Assembly (NCBI GenBank): GCA_963733675.1
Contig: CAVTET010000004.1
Span: forward strand, 480,001 to 544,000
Source of the DNA: an uncultured Methanosarcinaceae archaeon
GTDB taxonomy: Archaea > Halobacteriota > Methanosarcinia > Methanosarcinales > Methanosarcinaceae
Direction of reading: 5' to 3'
DNA: 64,000 bases
Of this stretch, positions 34,669 to 43,988 are shown one piece after another (the stretch's first letter is position 1; each line of letters begins with the position of its first letter). A program made the translations under genes and the position numbers. The notes beneath the pieces are model-generated. The model saw nothing but the letters and a program-made list of their open reading frames with translations. It was not told the DNA's origin and made no database searches.

Positions 34669-36645
34669 ATGTTTGGGCCAAGTAAAGAGAAAGGATTTAA
34701 GGTGGATAATAACTACTTAATGAAGTTAATTTCCTCTGTTTTTCCATTAGCTATAATCTTGGCAGTATTATTAACGTTCTTATGGATGTTTGCCATCGGA
34801 AGGTTTGGTTATGCACTTCGCGGACTATTTACAGGAATACCTGCAGTACTTTCCTGCCTATTTGTGTTGTTTATTTACAAAAAAGATGTAAATTTACATG
34901 ACATATACTTTCCTTCATCTCTAAGCACAAAATCCCTTACATATCTATTCGGAATATTTTATATCAGTTCCCTTGTTGTACTACTGCTTTCTCTTGGAGA
35001 TAGACCCTGGTATTATTTCATCGTTATTCTAATGCTGTACCTTTCGGTAGTCTTGCAAATATTCTCTCAAAATGCAAGTTCTTCCCTTATCCTTGTAGAA
35101 TCTTTCTTAATCATGATTAATCTGATTTACAGTGTTACGTTAAATTACGCTTTCTACTTTGGGACTACAGATATACTTCCACACATATTTTTTTCAGAAC
35201 TTATCGCTTTTTCCGGGCAGATAATTCCGGCTTCATTAAGCGATTACGCATATTTTCCTCTATATCATATACTTGTTGCAGAAGCCTCCGAGATACTTAA
35301 CACAAGCACAAAGACCTCGCTCTTTCTGATAACTGCGCCAATTTATGCAATTACTATCATTTTTCTTTACTATTTTTTTAATTTCATAACAAACAATCGT
35401 CAAATTTCCTTGCTTTCATGCTTATTATTTTCAGTGAGTTCAATTGTACTGTATTACGGTGTCAATGTAATCACTCGCACAATGGCATTTATAATGTTTG
35501 TTATATTAATATACCTTATTTTTAGTGTCAATTTCAAGAAAGATAAACTATCTTTAAAAATACTTTCAGTAATCGTTATGGTTTTTTTAACCCTGGTCCA
35601 CAATGTTTCCTTTCCCCAAATAGTCGTATTGCTGGTTATTTTGTTTGTTTCCGAATATATAATCGGAGACCGTAAATATATTAGTAAGCCATTTTTTGTA
35701 TTACTTAATGTTACTTTCGTTTCATACTGGTTTTATGTAGCCTACTTGTTTGTTCAAAGAAGTCTGACCCCCCGTTTACAGAGCCATCTTTGGGATTCTA
35801 TGGTCTTAACTGCTGGAGGTGCAGAGGTACTTCAGGAGGGCTTGATTAGTTTAATAGGCCTTCTGGATAAATCCATATTTTTATTTTTTGCCTTAATTGG
35901 AATAGGTTTTCTTCTGAAAAATTATAAGGACAATTATGCTTCTGTTTTAGGTTTATTTGCCTTTTTGACCCTGATATTTTATATTCCAAATCCTCTCAAC
36001 ACTATATGGCAGCTTAATGTCCTTTTTAGAGTTGACAGATTCATGCTTCTTGTTAGCCCTTTTATGGCTTTCGTAATGGGTTATGGAATGTACCTATTCT
36101 GGAATTATATCTCTAAATATGCCCCTAAAAAACTAAATTTATTCTTTGTAATATTTCTGTTATTCTCTGTATTTGTCTTGATCTCTTCGATCTACAGTAT
36201 TGGTGATTCGAGTCTTCTTGGCCAAAACGCTGAGCATCAATACTTCACTTTTGATGAATTGAAAGGTTTTGAGCATATTTTCAACTATAGTCCTGTTAAT
36301 TCTTCGATTTACACAGATTATTATACTACAAGGTTTTTTTATCTCCCATTGATTCCTCATACCTCTGCGGAAATGAATTTCGCACCTTATAACGATCATA
36401 GAATCGGTGATATAAATAAAATCATACAGTACAGAGGCTATACAGTGATTAGAACGAGGGAATTTCTAAGGAGTGGCTTATACTTCGGCATTGGTGAAAG
36501 TACTCGTAAAGAAACTCCTAATTATTTCTTTAAGGGAGTACCCCAAAATAAGCTCGAGCTAGGACGTAATCTTGCAACTCTTAATAAAGTATATACAAAT
36601 CCCTCAATTGAAATTTTTGTTCCGCATTCGGGACTAAACTCTTAA
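34669..36645 (+). CDS. Large polytopic membrane protein (DUF2206/DUF6541-like, possible GT-C fold or polymerase)
   Basis: 658 aa, more than 12 hydrophobic segments, G.TD..H and Y..FPLYH motifs, soluble C-terminal domain; lies in the glycosylation cluster. Confidence 0.65.
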   Translation: MFGPSKEKGFKVDNNYLMKLISSVFPLAIILAVLLTFLWMFAIGRFGYALRGLFTGIPAVLSCLFVLFIYKKDVNLHDIYFPSSLSTKSLTYLFGIFYISSLVVLLLSLGDRPWYYFIVILMLYLSVVLQIFSQNASSSLILVESFLIMINLIYSVTLNYAFYFGTTDILPHIFFSELIAFSGQIIPASLSDYAYFPLYHILVAEASEILNTSTKTSLFLITAPIYAITIIFLYYFFNFITNNRQISLLSCLLFSVSSIVLYYGVNVITRTMAFIMFVILIYLIFSVNFKKDKLSLKILSVIVMVFLTLVHNVSFPQIVVLLVILFVSEYIIGDRKYISKPFFVLLNVTFVSYWFYVAYLFVQRSLTPRLQSHLWDSMVLTAGGAEVLQEGLISLIGLLDKSIFLFFALIGIGFLLKNYKDNYASVLGLFAFLTLIFYIPNPLNTIWQLNVLFRVDRFMLLVSPFMAFVMGYGMYLFWNYISKYAPKKLNLFFVIFLLFSVFVLISSIYSIGDSSLLGQNAEHQYFTFDELKGFEHIFNYSPVNSSIYTDYYTTRFFYLPLIPHTSAEMNFAPYNDHRIGDINKIIQYRGYTVIRTREFLRSGLYFGIGESTRKETPNYFFKGVPQNKLELGRNLATLNKVYTNPSIEIFVPHSGLNS

Positions 36646-37070
36646 CAAGGCATAAAATCAATGTATAAATAAACTCTTAAAAATCAAGAATTTTAAGGAT
36701 CAATTTGATTGATACATGTGGATTCACGAAAAAATGCAGTTTCTAGTAGACGCGGAATGAAAAGTGAAATATAAATATCCAGGAGTTTTTGTAAAAGCGA
36801 AACGATTTTTTTTCTCCGAACGAAGAAAAATTGGGTATAAGAAGGGCATGAAATTTTTTTAATAACAGGCATAAATAAAATGAGAATAATTTTCGAATTA
36901 CCTTTTTGACCATTGATTTCATCATTACTTTGGCTGGAAGGTTGTTTTAATTTCGATTTTTTAAAAAACGTTATAATACTACTTAGTAAATTTTCATTGA
37001 AGTCTCAAATATATTATTTTTAAGCATATGGCGAAATATAGAGATTCATTGAGATCCTCTACAATAAGCT

Positions 37071-37156
37071 TGGTGCGGGAGAAGGGATTCGAACCCATGA
37101 ACGCCTTCGCGAAACGATCTTGAGTCGTTCACCGTTGACCGCTTGGTTACTCCCGC
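37071..37156 (-). tRNA. tRNA-Leu(CAA)
   Basis: GCGGGAG/CTCCCGC acceptor, AACGA-CTCAAGA-TCGTT anticodon arm, long variable arm, TTCGAAT T-loop, encoded CCA. Confidence 0.95.
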
Positions 37157-37468
37157 ATATTGGCTTTTTTTTGTTTGAAATATGCTTCGATTTTCCCAAT
37201 TATATTTCAAATCAAGTAACAGTTGATCCTCTATAACTACTCTGCGTTTATTGGAAGCAATAAGATTACGATATAACTAGCATATATACCTAATCCTGTA
37301 AATGAGTAGTTTCGATTTGCTGCATTTCAGAATGACCGTTCTTATTTGTTTACAATTTTTCTTCAATATTTCATAAGGAAAAAAATTTCATCCATAAATC
37401 TCAATTCCATTTTTTTTGAAATTGTTTCTAGAAAATTCAATATTTTAGAGTTCTGAAGTAAAAATATG

Positions 37469-38323
37469 GGTTCCGTTGCAAAAAATCCTTTCTAATGATA
37501 CAATAGAATAAAAAGAAAACCAAAGATAGTAACATGCTATCTAATTCCTTTAAATGGAAGCATTATGAAGGGGAAATTATCTTATTGAATGTAAGATGGT
37601 ACTTAAAATATGCATTAAGTTATAGAAATTTAAAGGAAATGATGGCAGAAAGGGGAGTAAAAGTCGACCATACAACAATCATGAGATGGGTACATCAATA
37701 TTCTCCTGAAATCGAAAAGAAGATAAGAAGACATTTAAGACTAACAAACTATTCGTGGAGAGTTGACGAAACCTATATCAAAGTAAAAGGTAAATGGAAA
37801 TATTTTTACCGAGCAGTTGACTCAAATGGAGATAAAATTGATTTCATGTTAAGTTCAAAACGAGATAGAAAAGCAGCAAAGAGATTCTTTAAGAAAGCTT
37901 TAAGTTCTAATCATAATCAAATTCCAAGATTAATAACCGTTGATAAGAATCCAGCTTATCCACCTGCTATAGATAAACTAAAAATTGATAAAATACTACC
38001 TAAAAACGTAGGCATTCGACAAATCAAGTATTTGAATAACATTATAGAACAAGATCACAGATCTATAAAGAGAATCGTTAATCCAATGTTAGGATTTCAG
38101 TCTTTTCGATCTGCTAATAAGACTTTAAAAGGAATTGAAGCTATAAATATGATCAAAAAAGGACATGTAATCGATCTAAATTACTCTGTTCTTAATGAAG
38201 TCAAATACATTAATCAATTATTTGGTATAGTTTTATAATGTTAGTACATTTTCCTTGAATGTTTTGATTTTTATTAATCACTTATAGATTTACATATTTT
38301 TTTGAAGTTTTTGCAACGGAACC
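37469..38323 (+). mobile_element. IS6-family element (855 bp), intact
   Basis: TIRs GGTTCCGTTGCAAA at both ends. Confidence 0.98.
37534..38238 (+). CDS. IS6-family DDE transposase
   Basis: 234 aa; WRVDETY, YRAVD, TVDKNPAY and NNIIEQDHR motifs. Confidence 0.98.
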   Translation: MLSNSFKWKHYEGEIILLNVRWYLKYALSYRNLKEMMAERGVKVDHTTIMRWVHQYSPEIEKKIRRHLRLTNYSWRVDETYIKVKGKWKYFYRAVDSNGDKIDFMLSSKRDRKAAKRFFKKALSSNHNQIPRLITVDKNPAYPPAIDKLKIDKILPKNVGIRQIKYLNNIIEQDHRSIKRIVNPMLGFQSFRSANKTLKGIEAINMIKKGHVIDLNYSVLNEVKYINQLFGIVL

Positions 38324-39436
38324 CTAGAAATTATATACTATGTAAAAAAAGGAAAGAAAGTAAGAACTATTCCCAGATTTTCCTTCTTTAATCTGTACTG
38401 TACTTTCCGCAAATTATATATCAGCTTAAAAAATACTGAAGAAATTTAGTACTTTCTAAAAAGATATTTCTTCATATTCTTCATATTATGCATTGTTGAT
38501 TAGCACTGAATATAACAGGTTTCCCTCAGCTAGAAATTTCAAATCACTAATACACAAACTGGCCATAGTATTTCACACTTATTTGGCAGTAGAATACTTA
38601 GTTAGAATTAAAAATCACATATTAGTCAAAAATAAAGTCATGATCTTCAAAAATTTAATTTGACTTATTAACTCATTTGTCAGATTCTAACAATACAAAC
38701 AACAACATAACCTATTATTGAGGTCTTGTACCATTTTAGCATTTTAGTTATCTAAATCCTCTGTACTTTACCAATTATATTGATCTCTAGGGGATCCATA
38801 CTTAACAAGTTTATATTTAGTTCCTGGTAGAACTATACTTGTTTAATCCAGATTTAGATACTTTTTTCAAGATTATAAACCAAAAATTGATTGCTTAGAT
38901 TGCTAATGATTTAAGTGCAAAAAATTACTTTAGTAACTATCAATATTTTTACAAAAAAATGATTTGATTCTCGAGTTTATTATGAATAATGGATATATAG
39001 CTGCGTGAAGCCTTAATGCACTGATTTTTATTTTTGCAGAGATCACAAGAAATTAACAAAAAAGGGGAAAGGGTAATAAATATAAAAAAACAGTATGAAG
39101 AATAGGATCAAAAGTTTAAGCTGAATTGAAGAAAAAAGATACAAGAACACAAAGTATAGTAAAAGAAATAGGACGAAAAATGTGGATGATAACAAATAAT
39201 AATCATTCAGCTTACCAAAAATCAATTGGCTGACCTCTATTTTGATGCAATAGATACTTTCGATTACTAACTGACGGAGAAATAAAAAATATAATCATTA
39301 GCAGACAGTTAAATAAAAATTCTCCCACCGAAATTTGCTCAATGAATCTCAGTAAAAATGGTTATCGGTATTGTATCCCCCAGCTAAATAATTGCAATAA
39401 ATCAAACAAAGGATACATAAATGAAGAAAAAATGTA

Positions 39437-39508
39437 CGTCCCGACTGAGACTTGAACTCAGGTCTAAGGCTCCGCAGGCCTCAAGGATATCCACTACCCT
39501 ATCGGGAC
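39437..39508 (-). tRNA. tRNA-Arg(GCG)
   Basis: GTCCCGA/TCGGGAC acceptor, GAGGC-CTGCGGA-GCCTT anticodon arm, CTGAG-TTCAAGT-CTCAG T arm; TATA-like TTTATA about 35 nt upstream. Confidence 0.95.
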
Positions 39509-39681
39509 ACGAGTGAGTATCACTGATAAGCATATACAAAGATATAAACCTTATTCCTAGAGAACTAGCTGAATCCATAGTGTGTCTTTATGGCACCCAA
39601 TAAAATGGAAGAAAAAAAATAATTTCTCCACTGCATCAATATTGATAAAGATTAAATGCAAAAAGTTCGTTTTTATAATTT

Positions 39682-40869
39682 ATGTCGATGACCATAGGCC
39701 TTGCAGGGAAACCTAATGCTGGAAAATCCACCTTTTTCAAAGCTGCTACTCTTGCAAACGTTGAAATTGCAGATTATCCTTTTACAACCATCAATGCAAA
39801 TCATGGAGTTACCTATGTGCGGGTAGAATGTCCCTGCAAAGACAAGGAAAAGACATGTGGAAAATGTGTGAATGGGATGAGGTTAGTCCCAATTGATATA
39901 ATTGATGTTGCCGGGCTTGTACCGGATGCATGTAAAGGAAGAGGGCTTGGAAACACTTTTTTGGATGAACTTCGACAGGCTCAGGCAATTATCCATGTGG
40001 TAGATGCTTCCGGTGGTACAGACGCGGAAGGCAACCTTGTAGAAATAGGAGACCACGATCCTCTTGAAGATTTGACCTTCCTGAATAGGGAAATTTCGAT
40101 GTGGCTCTATGGCATTCTGGAAAGAAACTGGGTTAAGCTTGCCAGAAAAATCCATTCCGAAGGGCTTAAACTCGAAGTCTTAATTGCAGAACAACTCGCA
40201 GGAGCAGGAGTAAAAGAATCCAGTGTAAGCTTAGCTTTGATAGAAACAGGACTTTCAAGGGTTGACCATGTCAAATGGAGTGAAGAAAATATGATCCATC
40301 TCTGCGACACAATGAGGAGGATTAGCAAACCCCTACTAATTGCCGCAAACAAAGCAGATATTGCCCCAAGCAAAAATCTGGACAAAATAAAAAATTTTGA
40401 TGATAGAATAGTAGTAGCTACAAGTGCAGCGGCTGAACTAGCACTCAAGTCTGCAGCAAAAAATGGGATTATCAGGTATACCCCAGGGGACAGAAACTTC
40501 GATTTGCTTATGAATGATCTTACAAAAGCACAGAAAAAGGGGCTTGAATCTATTCAGAAATTAATATATAAACTTGGTAGCACCGGTGTCCAGGAATGCA
40601 TAAACAGGACTGTCTTTGACCTTCTGGACCTTATAGTAGTATATCCCGTGGAAGACGAAGGGAAATGGTCAGACAAACGTGGAAATATTCTTCCTGATGC
40701 ATATCTTATGAAAAAAGGCTCTACATGTTGCGATCTTGCTTACCAAATACATACAGAAATAGGAAATAAATTTTTGTACGGGGTAGATGTGCGGACAAGG
40801 CTTAGATTAGGGGAGAAGCATGAACTGAAAAATGGAGATGTAATCAAGATCATATCCACTGCAAAATAA
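39682..40869 (+). CDS. ychF: Obg-family ATPase/GTPase YchF
   Basis: GKPNAGKST, YPFTT, DVAGLV and NKAD motifs; C-terminal TGS domain. Confidence 0.95.
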   Translation: MSMTIGLAGKPNAGKSTFFKAATLANVEIADYPFTTINANHGVTYVRVECPCKDKEKTCGKCVNGMRLVPIDIIDVAGLVPDACKGRGLGNTFLDELRQAQAIIHVVDASGGTDAEGNLVEIGDHDPLEDLTFLNREISMWLYGILERNWVKLARKIHSEGLKLEVLIAEQLAGAGVKESSVSLALIETGLSRVDHVKWSEENMIHLCDTMRRISKPLLIAANKADIAPSKNLDKIKNFDDRIVVATSAAAELALKSAAKNGIIRYTPGDRNFDLLMNDLTKAQKKGLESIQKLIYKLGSTGVQECINRTVFDLLDLIVVYPVEDEGKWSDKRGNILPDAYLMKKGSTCCDLAYQIHTEIGNKFLYGVDVRTRLRLGEKHELKNGDVIKIISTAK

Positions 40870-41076
40870 GGTAGCCTGCCTAATTTTCTGTAAAATCATA
40901 AATCAAAATAAGTCATTGAGATCTCATAAGAACTTAACAAAGCACAATATGTAAAAATGTGACTCAAACTTACAACAAATTAACGATCATACCAAAAAAA
41001 ATATCATCCAAAGTGTAAAAACAAAGGAAAAAAATAAATAATGGAATGTTTAGATTTTCAGGGAGATATTTTCCAG

Positions 41077-41751
41077 ATGGATATATTTTCTTTTGCCTAT
41101 CCGTTCTACGAAAGATACCTGACATGGCAAATAACCAGATCGTCCTTAAAGGTCCCCAGACATGTGGCAATCATACTTAAGGAAACCGACCTCTTTGACC
41201 CTAAAGGGATAGAGAGACTGATATCTGCAACTATTATTTTAAAAAAAATTAAGATAGAGTTTGTGAGCATTTATGTTGAAATTCTTAAAACTGAAACCTC
41301 ACTGAAAATCGAAATCGCATCAAAGCTCAGGACCCAGCTGGAAGAAAGTTTTTCCAATCTTCCAGAAGGCACAGGTTATACAATTTATGGTCTTGAGGGA
41401 GAAGTAAAGAGCAAATTTCCCGGAAAGGACTTTTTTATATACATATCACTAGGATTCGGAGGAAGAGATGAAATCACCAGGGCTGTATTAACGATCCTTG
41501 AAAAAGTGAAGGTAGGAACAATCAAATCTGAGGAGGTGGATGAAAAAATGCTCGAATCGTATCTCCTCGTCAAACAAGAACCAGATATAATGATCCGTTC
41601 AGGAGGACAAAAGCTCTCGGATTTCCTGGTATGGCAGTCAGTATATTCGGAACTATTTTTCACAGATATTAACTGGAAAGATATGCGCAAACTCGATATT
41701 TTGAGAGTGATTAGGGATTTCCAAAAAAGACAGAGAAGGTATGGGAAGTGA
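41077..41751 (+). CDS. cis-prenyltransferase-like protein, non-catalytic Nus1/NgBR-type subunit
   Basis: PRHVAII without the DGNRR motif; EPDIMIRSG, LSDFLVWQS.YSE and C-terminal RRYGK (RxG). Start uncertain (41041 or 41077). Confidence 0.85.
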   Translation: MDIFSFAYPFYERYLTWQITRSSLKVPRHVAIILKETDLFDPKGIERLISATIILKKIKIEFVSIYVEILKTETSLKIEIASKLRTQLEESFSNLPEGTGYTIYGLEGEVKSKFPGKDFFIYISLGFGGRDEITRAVLTILEKVKVGTIKSEEVDEKMLESYLLVKQEPDIMIRSGGQKLSDFLVWQSVYSELFFTDINWKDMRKLDILRVIRDFQKRQRRYGK

Positions 41752-41777
41752 GTTAACTGGTATTTGGAGAAAAGCCG

Positions 41778-42290
41778 ATAAATTTTCGCTATGTAGTAAT
41801 CGTGTGCCCTAAATGCAGACAAAATGCCCAGATAACAGATATTAGAACAAAAAGTCTTAGATGCCAGCGCTGCGGTATCATCTTACAAGCCCGAAAACTG
41901 AAAATATTTTACTCTTCCGAAAAATTGGCTGAAGCAGTTGCTTTTAGGACTCGCTTACAAGCCGAAATTTCCGGAAAAGAAAGTGATTTTTTTTTGCTGA
42001 GACCTTTTACAAAAGAGTACGAAATCTCAAAACCAGAAACTGAGAACAAATCAAAAGCAGTTAAGACGTCAGAAAATATTGATTCTGGGAATATATTCCC
42101 TAAAAAGGACCAGAAAGCAATTTTTCTTAAACTTTTGGAAGATGCAGGCGGCAAAATAGAGATAGAAAAACTTCAGCAAAAAGCATTTGAAAAAGAGGTA
42201 GGTCCAGAAAAATTCAATATAATTCTTAGGACACTTCTGGAAACAGGAGAAATCTATTCTCCGGAATCTGGAATATTAAAGCTCGTATAA
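41778..42290 (+). CDS. Zn-ribbon plus winged-helix protein (DUF5817/DUF1922-like)
   Basis: CPKC..CQRC and C-terminal LLETGEIYSPESG. Frame is open upstream of GTG 41802 to an ATA at 41778 behind a GGAGA RBS. Confidence 0.7.
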   Translation: MNFRYVVIVCPKCRQNAQITDIRTKSLRCQRCGIILQARKLKIFYSSEKLAEAVAFRTRLQAEISGKESDFFLLRPFTKEYEISKPETENKSKAVKTSENIDSGNIFPKKDQKAIFLKLLEDAGGKIEIEKLQQKAFEKEVGPEKFNIILRTLLETGEIYSPESGILKLV

Positions 42291-42319
42291 CTTCAATTGC
42301 TTTAAGATAATATAATTCC

Positions 42320-43130
42320 TATTTATCTCTTTTTTTCGCGGGAATCCTATCCAAACCTTTCTCGCTAATTTCTGTATTTTACACCATTTTTTTGTCTAGT
42401 TCATTATTCTTTGATTTTAAAGCTAGTTTTCGCTATCCATAAAACACTTCTTTTATTTTTCGATGTCATCGAAAGATAGTGATTATAACAAAAATATTTA
42501 CACAATATCTTCAGATTCACTCTTTGGTAGTAGTACAAGAACTTTTCCTACTTTAGACCTCTTTTTTAGTTTTGCACAAACACGTCCCTATGTATCTCTT
42601 ATTGAGCTGATCCACTTGTTTCTTAATACATCAATCATTCCAGAGGATAGTCTATCACTGCTCTTTTCATTGTTGTATCAGAATCTTTTAATTTTGTTCA
42701 GAAGTACCCTTTATCTCCGTAAACTATTTCTGTTTTTTCTGATAAATCCACCTGAGAATCATGAAGTTATGGCTCGGTTGTTTTGAATTTTCTGATCAGC
42801 TCATACGTCTCTGCCTATAACTATTAAGTTTATATCCAAAGTGCGATTTATTATCCTTTTTTATCCAGTTTACTTATCTACCTCTCCTTGTTTTTGATTC
42901 ATTTTCACGATGTTTATCCACTTTTGCATGTCCAGATCTGAATAGATAAAAGTAGAGTCATAAATAAGTCTCTTTTTCACTTTTAGATATCTTGGAAATC
43001 TCCACTGTCTCCAGCAAACATAAGGATTCGCTTTCCTCAAGCTTTCTGTAGCTGCTTTGATATACTCTTCACAGACAAGCGTTATTTTCTTTAGTTCTTT
43101 GAATTTTTCGAGATTCTGTGATCATGATTT
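42320..43130 (-). mobile_element. Heavily degraded IS5-family transposase (central and 3' part)
   Basis: Fragments YDSTFIYSD.GHAK, KSHFGYKL, ELIRKFKTT, LHDSQVDLSE, YGDKGY. Confidence 0.75.
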
Positions 43131-43878
43131 GGACTCTTATTTAGAAGTAATGTTTTTTTTCTCCATCTGAGTGGAGTGAACAACTACCCGTTTCTGTTCG
43201 ATCCGACCATATTCAACAATAATTATTTCGAACGAATATCTGAATTCTTTTCCTGTTTGAACTAAATATCCAATGCCAGCAAATTTGTTAGAAATCTGAA
43301 GAAGGTCAGTACTATTCACAAAAAATTATTTCAATGAAATTAAAATTTTATTATTTTTAGCCACTTAACAATCTTGAAAACAATTCTTGTAAAAAATATA
43401 CTCTGGTTAAAATGTATCTTTTAACAATTATATCAAGCGAGTTCTATTAAGTATGATATATTCTATTTACTTTATATATTATCGAATTATATATCTTTAT
43501 ACTCATTGGTCGTTGAGATTTGAACATATCTACCTCAAACAAAAATGAGTATATCCAAGAATAGAAAATAAGTCGTGGGAGATTACTGAAAATCACAACC
43601 CAAGGAATTGCTCCATACTGATAGAACAACAACATAGTGTTAGTTTTGTAAAATTTAATACAGTTTCGCAGATTGCTGTAAATTGAAAGTCAAATTTCTG
43701 CATACTGTATATAATTCGGTCTTTAATAGGTGTGATTCCCCTAATCATAATTTCTTGAGCTTTGTGATTTTTCAGACAAATCGGCACATTGCCATATTTG
43801 ATCAATAACTTACTCCTACTAAAAAAATAGACCCATAAATGAGTATACCTTCCGCCTCCCTTCCGGAAAGGTAGAAAA

Positions 43879-43921
43879 GCTGCCGGAAATTGATACCAAA
43901 AAAAATATCTATTCCGGCAGC
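43879..43921 (-). terminator. Hairpin downstream of gyrA
   Basis: GCTGCCGGAA...TTCCGGCAGC 10-bp perfect stem, followed by TTTT on the minus strand. Confidence 0.55.
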
Positions 43922-43988
43922 ATTTTGAGCGAATAATTATTTTTATTTACTTCATTCTACATTCAGTACTATTCTACATTCAGTACTA

